From an uncultured Bacteriovoracaceae bacterium (GTDB lineage: Bacteria > Bdellovibrionota > Bacteriovoracia > Bacteriovoracales > Bacteriovoracaceae), in NCBI GenBank assembly GCA_964012805.1, contig CAXGUD010000037.1, forward strand, positions 1 to 33,860: 33,860 nt of DNA. Direction: 5' to 3'. The translations under genes and the position numbers were made by a program. Shown here one piece after another: positions 1 through 9,659 of this stretch (positions are counted from its first letter, which is position 1; every line of letters starts with the position of its first letter). The notes under the pieces are model-generated. The model did no database searches. It worked only from the letters and a program-made list of their open reading frames with translations, and had not been told where the DNA came from.

Positions 1-288
1 TCATCAACACTTTTTGATTATAGACTTTCTTTTGATATTCACCCTATAAATGAAACTTTGGAGTTTATGAGGAGGGTCCATATTGGTCTCAACATTGGGG
101 TTCCTCTCGTAGATGTTATGTTTGGATGGAATGGAGGCTACCTAAGTTACGGATTGTCCGCGAATGCTCTCATAGGTAAAGTTACTATTGGTTTATATGG
201 AATTGAGACGGGAACTTCATATAGACAACTTGAAGCCAGTAGATTTATTGCTTATTGGAGTTTTATAGACTTTAAATTTGGAAATTAA
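1..288 (+). CDS. C-terminal part of a hypothetical protein, probably an outer-membrane beta-barrel (TraF-like), truncated by the window start
   Basis: Frame 1 is open from base 1 (SSTLFDYRLSFDIHPINETLEFMRRVHIG...) to TAA at 286-288. Alternating hydrophobic beta-strand pattern with a GWNGGYLSYG / LYGIETG / RF motif series and an aromatic-rich end. The family call is from recalled resemblance only. Confidence 0.5.
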   Translation, partial: SSTLFDYRLSFDIHPINETLEFMRRVHIGLNIGVPLVDVMFGWNGGYLSYGLSANALIGKVTIGLYGIETGTSYRQLEASRFIAYWSFIDFKFGN

Positions 289-299
289 GGAGTCAGTCT

Positions 300-1610
300 T
301 TGGAAAAAATTTTTATTCTCGATACTAATGTTCTTCTTTTTGACCCCAGATCAATCTTTTCTTTTCAATCAAATGTTGTTTTCATTCCCCTTGTCGTTAT
401 AGAAGAGCTAGATAGATTTAAAAAGGACCAGAGTGAGAATGGGAGGAACGCAAGAAGTTTTTCAAGAATCGTCGATAAGATAAGAGAGCAAGGTACTTTG
501 TCTAGTGGAGTTAAACTAGAAAATGGTGGAACTCTCATCATATCTGTTGATAAACGAACCGAAGACACGCAGAAATATGCTTTTGATTTAAATCACAATG
601 ATAACCTAATTCTTTCAACGGCCCTTAATTTAAAAGATGAGGGAAAAAATGTTGTCCTTGTTTCTAAGGATATAAATCTTAGGTTAAAGGCAGACGTTTT
701 AGGTGTTGGGTCTGAAGATTTTGGTACTCAAAAAGGTAACATAGATGAATTGTATAGTGGAAGAAAGTCTATTCCCGTCAAAGCGGCTACCTTAAAAGTA
801 TTTGAAAAAGAGCGCTATATCGATTTGGGTGAAATAGGGGAAGAGCCTTACCCCAACGAATATTTAACTTTAATTGATGAGTTAAATCCTAATCACAGGT
901 CATATGGAAGGTATAGTAAACAAAAAAGAGGTGTTGTTCCCTTGATCAATCTCAGAGAGGGAATTTGGGGAATCCATCCAAAAAACTTAGAACAAAAATT
1001 TGCGATAGATGCTCTTTTAAATGACGAAGTTAAGCTTGTGTCGTTAGTTGGTAAAGCAGGAACAGGAAAAACAATATTGGCATTAGCTGCAGGCCTGGAA
1101 ATGACGATTTCAAAAGAAAAGTACTCAAGACTTCTCGTCTCGAGGCCAATTCAGCCTATGGGAAATGATTTAGGTTTTTTACCCGGAGACCTGGGAGAGA
1201 AGCTGGCCCCATGGATGCAGCCCATTTTTGATAATATGGACCTACTCTTTGGAAGGAAGAAAGGAGATAACTCATCTTCGTATGATGAGCTAATTAATCA
1301 AGGCCTCCTCCATGTGGAACCTTTGACCTACATTAGAGGGAGGTCTATTCCAGACCAGTATATGATTGTTGATGAGGCCCAGAACCTTTCTCCTCATGAG
1401 GTCAAGACGATTATTACAAGGGCCGGTGAATCGACAAAAATTGTTTTAACTGGGGATTGCGAGCAGATTGATAGTCCCTATCTTGACTCTGTTAATAATG
1501 GCTTGGCTTACTGTGTGGAAAGGCTTAAAGGGGAATCCTTGATTTCTCATGCGACCCTTGTGTCTGGAGAGAGGTCGCCTCTCTCAGAAATTGCTTCAGA
1601 GCTTTTATGA
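300..1610 (+). CDS. PhoH-family protein with N-terminal PIN domain (PIN-PhoH, YlaK/PhoH2-like)
   Basis: PIN motifs FILDTNVLL, VVIEELD, NDNLIL, SKDINLRLKA. Walker A GKAGTGKT, RGRS motif, Walker B IVDEAQN, C-terminal ERS. TTG start preceded by AAGGAG. Confidence 0.95.
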   Translation: MEKIFILDTNVLLFDPRSIFSFQSNVVFIPLVVIEELDRFKKDQSENGRNARSFSRIVDKIREQGTLSSGVKLENGGTLIISVDKRTEDTQKYAFDLNHNDNLILSTALNLKDEGKNVVLVSKDINLRLKADVLGVGSEDFGTQKGNIDELYSGRKSIPVKAATLKVFEKERYIDLGEIGEEPYPNEYLTLIDELNPNHRSYGRYSKQKRGVVPLINLREGIWGIHPKNLEQKFAIDALLNDEVKLVSLVGKAGTGKTILALAAGLEMTISKEKYSRLLVSRPIQPMGNDLGFLPGDLGEKLAPWMQPIFDNMDLLFGRKKGDNSSSYDELINQGLLHVEPLTYIRGRSIPDQYMIVDEAQNLSPHEVKTIITRAGESTKIVLTGDCEQIDSPYLDSVNNGLAYCVERLKGESLISHATLVSGERSPLSEIASELL

Positions 1611-2170
1611 ACCAGAAAACATATAAGAGGGCCCATTTAAGGGCGCCACTTAAATCTAAAATCATTTGTGCACTAGATGACCAGGTTCTTTTGGGACAGA
1701 CGATGAATATCTCCGAAGGAGGGATCCTTTTTTCAAAAGGACCCAAATTAAGTCAAGGTGATGAGTTTCATCTAATGGTCGATTTACCCGATTACCCTAA
1801 TTTTTCAAATTTTGATAAGGAGGAGATTCTTGACCTAGAATGGTACTCCTTTGAAAGAGAGGTGATGAGGGCCAAAGCAAAAGTGATGAGGGTTTATGAG
1901 ACAGATTTCAATGATGAGAGAGTGGAGTGTTATGGGTGCTCTTTTTTGGAAGCCGATAAAAACTCAATTCTTTTTATAAAAAACTATGTTGAGAGTTATT
2001 CCAAGAATATTGTTTATCTTTTAGGTCTTTTTGAATCGTTAGGTCGTGGACGTTTAAAGCTACCCATTCTTAGAAAGGTTGGCTTCCTTATGGGTTATAA
2101 TAGTGATGATAAAATTCATATTTTAAGAAGTAGAGTACTTCACGATTACAGAAGCTTGGAAAAGCTATAG
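1607..2170 (+). CDS. PilZ-domain protein
   Basis: RxxxR (RAHLR) followed by (D/N)xSxGG (NISEGG). The start overlaps the PhoH stop (ATGA). Confidence 0.8.
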   Translation: MNQKTYKRAHLRAPLKSKIICALDDQVLLGQTMNISEGGILFSKGPKLSQGDEFHLMVDLPDYPNFSNFDKEEILDLEWYSFEREVMRAKAKVMRVYETDFNDERVECYGCSFLEADKNSILFIKNYVESYSKNIVYLLGLFESLGRGRLKLPILRKVGFLMGYNSDDKIHILRSRVLHDYRSLEKL

Positions 2171-2190
2171 GCTAATGGGGTAGATTTTTT

Positions 2191-2445
2191 CTAAAGGCTC
2201 ACTCTTCTTCTTAGCTCTGTAACAAGGCTTTTTGTTTTCAGCCGCACTGGTTGTGTCACTTCGCCACACGTAATTGTCTTCATAAGCTCTTGAGCTTCAT
2301 CTAAAAGTTGGCAGAAACTAAAATTTCTATAATCCGCTTTTTTCAAAAATGAGAACTTTCTTTTCGCCGCTCTAAAATCGAGGCGTATAACTTGTCCGGC
2401 ATTTTCGGATTTTGCTACTTGGATTGCTTTTGTTTCCTGTGGCAT
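2191..2445 (-). CDS. Hypothetical 84-aa protein
   Basis: ATG preceded by an AAAGGA Shine-Dalgarno. Fills an otherwise empty intergenic space. No recognisable family. Confidence 0.6.
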   Translation of the reverse strand: MPQETKAIQVAKSENAGQVIRLDFRAAKRKFSFLKKADYRNFSFCQLLDEAQELMKTITCGEVTQPVRLKTKSLVTELRRRVSL

Positions 2446-2660
2446 TTGATATGTTCCTTTTTTTAACTAAACTAACAAACCTTAAAAGGCCCTGCCTGAA
2501 AAAATCCTCGTTCATTTGAAGTGAAGGCTTTATCTAACAGCCTTTATGTCATTTCAAGAATTAAGTGTTTAGGTATAGCTCAGTTGAAATATTTACTTAC
2601 CGGAGTTTGGCAAACCGCATTGATTTAGAGGTTATAAAAAACAATAACTTTTATTGATTT

Positions 2661-3266
2661 CTACTCAGACTTTTTTTTCTTTTTTGCAAAAAAATAATAA
2701 AGTACAAAAAGTGCTGCAGCAGAGAATAGGATAATGTTCCCTTGCTTGATAACTCCAGTGATTTCCTTCCCAAATTTGTAATAAAGGCTAAAAAATGCGG
2801 AGCAAGAGATTGTGCAGGCCAAAAGGTCTGAAAGGGCAAATTTTGTAAAATTCATTTTTCCAAGGCCAGCTGTCAGGAATAAGCCATTTCTAACGCCAAA
2901 GGGAATAAACCTTCCTAAAATGAGCGTAATAATCCCATGTTTTTCATAGAAGTGATTTATCTTATCCATTCTTTTTTTAGACATCATGGATTTGAAAAAT
3001 GAAATATTAAAGAGCTTGGGGCCTAAGGTTCTGCCAAGAGTGTAACAAATGATGTCACTGAAATAAGCGCCCATATAGACACCAAAAAATAGAGGAATAG
3101 CGTGGTCAGGGTTGTTAAAGGCAAGTATAGCAGTTAGTAATAGCATTCCATCTTCAGAGACAGGGATGTTTAGGCCGGCGAGTAAGAGAACGCCAAAAAT
3201 AAGCCAAGGGGCCAGGCTTATATTTTGAGAAGCAAATTGTTGCGCTTGTAATAGAATTTCTTCCAA
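2661..3266 (-). CDS. DedA (SNARE-associated/VTT) family membrane protein
   Basis: LAGLNIPVSED, SDIICYTLGR and LGRFIPFGVRN DedA motifs. Start moved from 3344 to the in-frame TTG at 3266, which has SD GAGGGAG upstream; the 3344 start lies inside a terminator hairpin. Confidence 0.88.
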   Translation of the reverse strand: MEEILLQAQQFASQNISLAPWLIFGVLLLAGLNIPVSEDGMLLLTAILAFNNPDHAIPLFFGVYMGAYFSDIICYTLGRTLGPKLFNISFFKSMMSKKRMDKINHFYEKHGIITLILGRFIPFGVRNGLFLTAGLGKMNFTKFALSDLLACTISCSAFFSLYYKFGKEITGVIKQGNIILFSAAALFVLYYFFAKKKKKSE

Positions 3267-3319
3267 CTCTTGCTCCCTCACAAAAGGTTTAAAAAAAATT
3301 TTTTTATAAATTAATTTAG

Positions 3320-3349
3320 GAGCAATGCCCAAAGTGAAGGGCATTGCTC
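3320..3349 (-). terminator. Hairpin, likely terminator of the peroxiredoxin gene
   Basis: Perfect 11-bp inverted repeat GAGCAATGCCC-N8-GGGCATTGCTC 20 nt after the peroxiredoxin stop. Followed by AT-rich sequence rather than a clean U-tract. Confidence 0.7.
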
Positions 3350-3369
3350 ATTAAATTTAGCTAAGCGGA

Positions 3370-3969
3370 TTAGCCATTTTTTTGAAAATACTCTTTTGAT
3401 TTTTCTGCGTCAGGCTTGATTGTATCAGAACCTTTTGTCCAACCAGCTGGGCAAACTTCACCATTCTTTTCGTGGTACTGGAAAGCCTCAACAAGTCTTA
3501 GTACCTCTTCAACATTTCTACCAACACCAAGGTTGTTAATTGTAGAGTGTTGCACTGTGTTGCTTTCATCAATAATGAAAAGCCCTCTGAGGCTGATACC
3601 ACCCTCTAGAAGAACTCCATAGTCTTTTGAGATTGTTTTTGTAAGGTCAGAGAGAAGTGGGTAATCGATCTTTCCTAAGCCACCTTCTTTTCTATCTTGT
3701 TTCGTCCACGCAAGATGACTAAATTTAGAATCAACAGATACACCAAGAACAGTTGCATTCAGCTCTTTGAACTTACTTATTGCATCAGAAAAAGCTGTGA
3801 TTTCTGTTGGGCAAACAAAAGTAAAGTCTAGCGGGTAAAAGAAAAGGACTTTCCATCCTTGAACTTCACTTAAAGTAATGTTCTTGAATTCCCCATTTAC
3901 TACTGCATCAGCATTAAAGTCAGGAGCTCTTTTTCCAACAAGTTGAAGGGGAGATTTTTTTTCTTCCAT
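3370..3969 (-). CDS. ahpC: Typical 2-Cys peroxiredoxin (AhpC/TSA, Prx1 subfamily)
   Basis: [15 protein letters not shown] peroxidatic motif, GRNVEE and GEVCPAGW resolving-Cys motif. SD AAGGA. Confidence 0.93.
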   Translation of the reverse strand: MEEKKSPLQLVGKRAPDFNADAVVNGEFKNITLSEVQGWKVLFFYPLDFTFVCPTEITAFSDAISKFKELNATVLGVSVDSKFSHLAWTKQDRKEGGLGKIDYPLLSDLTKTISKDYGVLLEGGISLRGLFIIDESNTVQHSTINNLGVGRNVEEVLRLVEAFQYHEKNGEVCPAGWTKGSDTIKPDAEKSKEYFQKNG

Positions 3970-4254
3970 TTTGTTTTATCCTTTTTTTATTTATTTGACT
4001 CTTGTGATTTAGTAATTTAGGCTTTTCTATTAGGTTTTTCAAGAATTTTTGAGATTGGAACAATGTTGTAATTTCTTTTTATTACCATTGGCTTCCTAAA
4101 CAAAGAATATGTCTTACTAAACTTGTTTTTCTGATCTTCAGCTTTTATTCTTATGAACTAAAGATTTTTGGTCCATTAGTCGAAAATGAAGAACGGCACC
4201 AAAAAGAATTCCTGGTTTTTTAGCTTAAAGATCTTGCTCGAGGAGATTTAATTT

Positions 4255-4878
4255 ATGCGAAATGTTGAAGCCCACATACCTAACCCTATCGTTATTGAAC
4301 AAACTGCTAGAGGAGAAAGGCAGTATGACATATACTCTCGTTTACTCCTAGATAGAATTATCTTTCTTGGGACCCAGGTGAATGATGTTGTCTCAAACCT
4401 CCTTATCGCCCAGATGCTTTTCCTAGAGCAATCTGATCCTGAAGCACCTGTGCATTTTTATATTAATAGTCCTGGAGGGTCTGTTTATGCGGGGCTAGGG
4501 ATTTATGATATTATGCAGCATATATCTTGTCCTGTGCATACCTATTGTGTTGGGTTAGCTGCTTCCATGGGGTCTCTTCTTCTTTCTGCTGGGGCAGCTG
4601 GATGTAGGCACTCGCTACCTCACAGTAGAATTATGATCCACCAGCCATTGGGAGGCGCTCAAGGTCAATGTTCTGACATCCAGATTCAGGCCAATGAAAT
4701 TCAAGACCTAAAAAATCAACTTAATGGCATTTACATTAAACATTCATCGAAAAAAGAAATGACGATAGAAAAAATAGAGCAGGAAACAGACAGGGATAAT
4801 TACTTATCGCCTCAGCAAGCTATTGACATGGGACTAATTGATAACATTATTGATAAATCGAGCCCTTCAAAGGAATAG
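4255..4878 (+). CDS. clpP: ATP-dependent Clp protease proteolytic subunit
   Basis: [15 protein letters not shown] and YINSPGGSV motifs. Catalytic triad in AASMG (Ser), IMIHQP (His) and DRDNY (Asp). SD GAGGAG. Confidence 0.98.
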   Translation: MRNVEAHIPNPIVIEQTARGERQYDIYSRLLLDRIIFLGTQVNDVVSNLLIAQMLFLEQSDPEAPVHFYINSPGGSVYAGLGIYDIMQHISCPVHTYCVGLAASMGSLLLSAGAAGCRHSLPHSRIMIHQPLGGAQGQCSDIQIQANEIQDLKNQLNGIYIKHSSKKEMTIEKIEQETDRDNYLSPQQAIDMGLIDNIIDKSSPSKE

Positions 4879-4932
4879 TTTTAGAGTTATGAAAAGGGTT
4901 TCTTCTTTATGGAGAATGCAAGAGGTTAAAAA

Positions 4933-6243
4933 ATGGATAAAGAAAAAACAGACTTTAACAACACTTCTCTTCATTGCAACTTTTGTGGCAAGTCACAAAA
5001 GGAAGTTAAAAAACTCATTGCTGGCCCTGGTTGTTATATTTGCGATGAATGTATAGAACTCTGCAATGACATCATTTATGAAGACACAGTTAAATCTAAT
5101 ACGAAATTCCATGTTGATAATGTTCCAAAGCCCCATGAGATTAAAGAGCACCTCGATACTTATGTCATAGGGCAGGATCGAGCTAAGAAAATTATTTCTG
5201 TTGCTGTTCACAACCACTATAAAAGAATCTCTCATGGGAATCAAAGTCGGAAGGATGATGGAGTAGAGCTTCAGAAGTCAAATATTCTCCTTGCTGGTCC
5301 TACTGGGAGTGGAAAAACTCTTATTGCTCAATCGTTGGCTAAGTTTTTAAATGTTCCTTTTGCGATTGCGGATGCTACATCTTTGACAGAGGCAGGTTAT
5401 GTTGGCGAGGACGTAGAAAATATTATTCTTAACCTTCTTCAAAACTGTGATTATGACATCGAAAGAGCAGAGAGAGGAATCGTCTACATTGATGAAATCG
5501 ATAAAATTGCTAGAAAGTCAGAAAACCCTTCCATTACGAGGGATGTATCTGGAGAGGGCGTCCAGCAGGCGCTCTTGAAACTTATTGAGGGGACAGTTGC
5601 CTCAGTTCCTCCTAAAGGAGGGAGGAAACATCCTCAGCAAGAGTTCCTTCAAGTGAATACAAAAAATATTCTCTTCGTTGTGGCCGGAGCTTTTGTTGGT
5701 CTTGATAAAATTATTGAAAAAAGAGTTACGAAAAGACCTATGGGTCTTGTTGCAGAATCTGAAAAACAAGAGCGTTCTAACATAGAAAAGCTTGGTGGGA
5801 TAGAAGTTGAAGACCTCTCGAAGTTTGGACTTATTCCTGAGTTTATCGGTCGTCTTCCGGTCAATGCAATGTTAGAAGAATTGGACGAGGAAGCCCTTGT
5901 TAGGATCTTATCTGAGCCAAAAAATGCGATTACAAAGCAATATTCAAAATTATTTGAATATGACGGTATCGAGCTGGAGTTTGAGTCTGAAGCTCTCAAG
6001 GAAGTTGCAAAAATAGCTCTTCAAAAAAAGACAGGTGCCAGGGGTTTGAGGGCCATTTTGGAACAATCGATGCTTGATGTAATGTATGAAATTCCTTCCA
6101 ATGACAAAGTCAATAAAGTTGTTATTACTCTCGGTTCAATAAAGGGTGGTGGTTCGCCAAAGTTGCTGGAGGGGCCAAGGGCCATGCCTTCTACAAAAAG
6201 GGAGAGCCTGAAGGCCAAAGCAGGCATCAACACTGCCTCTTGA
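4933..6243 (+). CDS. clpX: ATP-dependent Clp protease ATP-binding subunit
   Basis: C4 zinc-binding domain (CNFC...CDEC), Walker [13 protein letters not shown] pore loop, [24 protein letters not shown] loop, GARGLR. Confidence 0.98.
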   Translation: MDKEKTDFNNTSLHCNFCGKSQKEVKKLIAGPGCYICDECIELCNDIIYEDTVKSNTKFHVDNVPKPHEIKEHLDTYVIGQDRAKKIISVAVHNHYKRISHGNQSRKDDGVELQKSNILLAGPTGSGKTLIAQSLAKFLNVPFAIADATSLTEAGYVGEDVENIILNLLQNCDYDIERAERGIVYIDEIDKIARKSENPSITRDVSGEGVQQALLKLIEGTVASVPPKGGRKHPQQEFLQVNTKNILFVVAGAFVGLDKIIEKRVTKRPMGLVAESEKQERSNIEKLGGIEVEDLSKFGLIPEFIGRLPVNAMLEELDEEALVRILSEPKNAITKQYSKLFEYDGIELEFESEALKEVAKIALQKKTGARGLRAILEQSMLDVMYEIPSNDKVNKVVITLGSIKGGGSPKLLEGPRAMPSTKRESLKAKAGINTAS

Positions 6244-6464
6244 GAAATTCTTTCCATAAAAAAATAGAGCTTAAGAATAGCTTAAGTTGAGTAAAACTAT
6301 CAGTTTTACAGGGCCTTATGTGCTCTTGGAATAAAGATGGAAATTTTATCCAGACATTTAATTTTGACCTGATTACTGAATTAAGACAAAATAATTTATG
6401 ATGCTAATCAATTTGGATACAATAAATTTTGTTTCCAAAGGTAATGGGTAGTGCAGGAGGTACT

Positions 6465-8879
6465 ATGCCGAACGATGGCGAAAAAAATCTCAAACGATAT
6501 CCTCTCTTACCACTTAGGGATGTCATAATTTTTCCTCATATGGTTGTTCCTCTTTTCGTGGGACGAGAAAAGTCAATATCAGCCCTAGAAGCAGCCTCTA
6601 AGCAAGATAATGAGCTTTTTCTGGTAACTCAAAAAGATGCGAGTGTACTAAACCCAGACAGAGGAGATATTTATGATATAGGAACAGTCGTAAATATTAT
6701 CCAGATGCTTAGACTTCCGGACAATACTGTAAAAGTATTGATTGAAGGAAAGTATAGAGCGCGGCTAGAGAGCTTGGAAAATGATAACGACGGAAACTAT
6801 GCCACTGTTTCTCCTTTTGAGGATGTTATTGAGTCAAAGGTAAACTTAGAAGCTGTTATACGAAGCATAAAGAGTATTTTTGAACAGTATGTAAAACTCA
6901 ATAAAAGAATTCCACCTGAACTTCTAATGAGTATTTCTTCAATTACAGACCCAAGTAGGCTTGCAGATATAATTGTTGCCCACTTGAGTATGAAGATACC
7001 TGAAAAACAAGAGATTTTAGAAGCTGTCAATGTTGAAAGAAGACTTCATCTACTCCTTGAGAAAATGCAAGGTGAAATTGAAATTATTAATGTTGAAAAA
7101 AGAATAAGAACTCGTGTTAAATCACAAATGGAGAAATCGCAAAAAGAGTACTATCTTAATGAGCAGATGAATGCGATTCAACGCGAACTTGGGCAAAAGG
7201 ATGATGGTAAAACCGACATCCAGGAACTTGAGGAAAAGCTCGAAACGAAGAAAATGCCCGATGAAGCCAAAGAAAAAACACAAAAAGAAATTAAAAAGCT
7301 AAAGTCGATGTCCCCAATGTCGGCTGAAGCAGCTGTTGTCAGGAATTATATTGACTGGATGGTAAACCTACCTTGGTATGAGTACACAGAAGATGACAAT
7401 AGTGTTGACAAGGCCATGGATGTTCTTGAAAGAGACCATTATGGGCTTAAGGATGTAAAAGAAAGAATTGTAGAATACTTAGCCGTTAAGTCACTTCTTA
7501 AAGAAGGGGAAGGGAAGGGAACGATTCTTTGCCTAGTTGGCCCTCCAGGTGTTGGTAAGACATCTATTGCTCATTCTCTTGCGGATTCAATGGGTAGGAA
7601 GTTTGTTCGGATTTCCCTAGGTGGTGTAAGAGACGAAAGTGAGATTCGAGGTCATAGAAGAACTTATGTTGGCGCGATGCCAGGAAAAATAATTTCAGCA
7701 CTAAAGAAAGCAGGGACGAGTAATCCGGTAATTCTTCTCGATGAAATTGATAAAATGAGCAGCGATCAACGAGGTGATCCAGCAAGTGCAATGCTCGAGG
7801 TTCTAGATCCAGAGCAAAATAAGAACTTTGGAGATCATTATATAGAAGTTGAATACGATTTATCTAAAGTTATGTTCATCATGACGGCAAATGATCTTGG
7901 AAGGATTCCTTCTCCTTTGAAAGATAGGATGGAGATCATTAGTGTTTCTGGCTATACGCCAAATGAAAAGCTTCAAATTGGTAAAAGGTATCTCTTGCAA
8001 AAGGCAATAAAAAATAATGGCCTTTTGGATTACGTCCTTAGAGTTAAGGATACAACAATGGGTGCTGTTATCAGAGAATATACCAAAGAAGCAGGTGTTA
8101 GGGAGCTTGAGAGAATGCTCCACACAATTGCAAGAAAGGTTGCTCACCATGTTGTTAGTAAAAGTGTTGAAAAAGGCAAAACTTTTAATGTCTCTGAAAA
8201 GCAACTTAAGAAATATTTAGGGCCTAAAAAATTCGATAAGACCGACATAGAAAATGAACCTCAAGTAGGGCTAGTCAATGGTCTGGCTTGGACCCCTGTG
8301 GGCGGAGAGCTTCTCCATATTGAGGTTGTTACAGTAGAAGGTTCAGGGAAAACTCATATCACAGGTAAGCTAGGTGATGTGATGCAAGAGTCTGTTAAGG
8401 CAGCCTTGAGTTATGTCAGATCAATTAGTGAGCAATTGGGTGTTGATGCTGAGTGGTATACAAAGAATGATATTCACATTCATGTGCCGGAAGGCGCAAC
8501 GCCAAAAGATGGGCCGAGTGCTGGTGTAACTATGGTGACAGCTTTAGCTTCGGCCATCTCTGGAATAAAAGTTAAGCAAAGCGTTGCCATGACTGGTGAG
8601 GTAACAATCCGAGGCCGAGTTTTAACGATAGGGGGGCTGAAGGAAAAAATGCTTGCAGCAAAACAGGCGGGTATCACTGAAGTTATTATCCCAGAAAAAA
8701 ATAAAAAAGACCTTCAGGAAATGACGGACGATATAAAGGATGGGCTAAAGATTTACTCTTGTTCGAGAGTTGATGAGGTTTTAAGGTTGGCCTTGGCTTT
8801 AGATAACCCGGAAGGTTTCCTCAAAGTGGTGCCTCTCAAGGTAGTCGAAAATGAGCAGAGCATTGAGGTGGCCAACTAA
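6465..8879 (+). CDS. lon: ATP-dependent Lon protease (LonA)
   Basis: PLLPLRDVIIFP N-domain, GPPGVGKTS, RRTYVGAMPG, LLDEIDK, PKDGPSAG (catalytic Ser) and IGGLKEK (catalytic Lys). Start set at ATG 6465 after AGGAGG (6455-6460). Confidence 0.98.
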   Translation: MPNDGEKNLKRYPLLPLRDVIIFPHMVVPLFVGREKSISALEAASKQDNELFLVTQKDASVLNPDRGDIYDIGTVVNIIQMLRLPDNTVKVLIEGKYRARLESLENDNDGNYATVSPFEDVIESKVNLEAVIRSIKSIFEQYVKLNKRIPPELLMSISSITDPSRLADIIVAHLSMKIPEKQEILEAVNVERRLHLLLEKMQGEIEIINVEKRIRTRVKSQMEKSQKEYYLNEQMNAIQRELGQKDDGKTDIQELEEKLETKKMPDEAKEKTQKEIKKLKSMSPMSAEAAVVRNYIDWMVNLPWYEYTEDDNSVDKAMDVLERDHYGLKDVKERIVEYLAVKSLLKEGEGKGTILCLVGPPGVGKTSIAHSLADSMGRKFVRISLGGVRDESEIRGHRRTYVGAMPGKIISALKKAGTSNPVILLDEIDKMSSDQRGDPASAMLEVLDPEQNKNFGDHYIEVEYDLSKVMFIMTANDLGRIPSPLKDRMEIISVSGYTPNEKLQIGKRYLLQKAIKNNGLLDYVLRVKDTTMGAVIREYTKEAGVRELERMLHTIARKVAHHVVSKSVEKGKTFNVSEKQLKKYLGPKKFDKTDIENEPQVGLVNGLAWTPVGGELLHIEVVTVEGSGKTHITGKLGDVMQESVKAALSYVRSISEQLGVDAEWYTKNDIHIHVPEGATPKDGPSAGVTMVTALASAISGIKVKQSVAMTGEVTIRGRVLTIGGLKEKMLAAKQAGITEVIIPEKNKKDLQEMTDDIKDGLKIYSCSRVDEVLRLALALDNPEGFLKVVPLKVVENEQSIEVAN

Positions 8880-8916
8880 GCAAGTTTTAAAAAGGATTCC
8901 TGAGGTCAAAAAAAAG

Positions 8917-8945
8917 TTGACATAAATAGGCAACTTAACTAATCT
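8917..8945 (+). promoter_or_regulatory. Sigma70-type promoter of tRNA-Val
   Basis: TTGACA (8917-8922), 17-nt spacer, TAATCT (8940-8945). A-tract UP-like element upstream and a GC-rich discriminator-like stretch downstream. Confidence 0.8.
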
Positions 8946-8974
8946 TGCCGTCGTCTTAAATATTTATTTTAAGC

Positions 8975-9050
8975 GGGCGATTAGCTCAGTTGGTAGAGCG
9001 CCACCCTTACAAGGTGGATGTCGGCAGTTCGAGCCTGTCATCGCCCACCA
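8975..9050 (+). tRNA. tRNA-Val (anticodon TAC)
   Basis: Acceptor GGGCGAT/ATCGCCC, D arm GCTCAGTTGGTAGAGC, anticodon arm CCACC-CTTACAA-GGTGG, T loop GTTCGAG, encoded 3' CCA. Length 76 nt. Confidence 0.98.
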
Positions 9051-9113
9051 TTCTCACCTTTATTCTCATTAAAATATTTTTTATTTAGAAGCCGATCCTC
9101 GCTGCTTGTTGAT

Positions 9114-9497
9114 TCAAATTTCGAGCGAGTTGAGGTCTACAGAGAGACCATGCTTTTTTGCCACGTTCAAAAGAAGTTTTATAAATGTCCTTTTGTTAAC
9201 TAGGTTTCCAATGATAGAAAACCGGGCTTCAGTAGGCAGTCTGCAATGTTTGTCACAGGCAAAATTGGAGGAAACAATTTCTACTTTTGAAATTTTTTCT
9301 TTATTTTGAAATTTTGAATACCAGCTCAAAAACTCATCTAATTTAATTGATAGGTGTTCGAGAATATCTTCTTCTTCCTCTTTTGATAAATTGTAAAGAA
9401 AGTGGCTCGTGGACATAGTTTGCCTGTTTATTTTAATAAAGATTGTCCCTTTCGTGTGCATAAAAAGAGTGTCGTTGAGGCATACTGGACAATACAT
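9114..9497 (-). CDS. Hypothetical protein with possible 4-Cys metal site
   Basis: N-terminal CPVC and internal CDKHC. ATG preceded by a GGGGAG SD. Confidence 0.75.
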   Translation of the reverse strand: MYCPVCLNDTLFMHTKGTIFIKINRQTMSTSHFLYNLSKEEEEDILEHLSIKLDEFLSWYSKFQNKEKISKVEIVSSNFACDKHCRLPTEARFSIIGNLVNKRTFIKLLLNVAKKHGLSVDLNSLEI

Positions 9498-9659
9498 AAA
9501 ACTCCCCTACCAGCTCTGTTCCCAGTTGCCTCTTCTTCGGTATTTAAAATAAGTTTTTGATAAAAACTTTTTAATGTTTTTAAAAGGAAAAGAATCACCA
9601 ATTTAGTTATAGTCCTGATAAAATAGAAGGATCTTTAAACGCTCCTTTTGGATCTAAGA

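Noticed and set aside
2609..2632. GGCAAACC resembling a c-di-GMP-I riboswitch
   Set aside because: It is on the strand opposite the downstream gene and lacks the GAAA tetraloop and the second stem.
3267..3344. Longer N-terminus of DedA from the ORF track (likewise lon 6429, gloB 14200, GATase 11259, EEP 16582)
   Set aside because: Downstream in-frame starts have clear SD sequences. The extensions run through terminator or intergenic sequence.
5737..5751. ClpX ClpP-docking loop reads MGL instead of IGF
   Set aside because: This is within the known hydrophobic-Gly-(Phe/Leu) variation and is not evidence of altered function.
9018..9309. ORF-track ORFs 9018..9203 and 9106..9309
   Set aside because: One overlaps tRNA-Val, both are antisense to the better-supported 127-aa gene, and neither has an SD or motifs.
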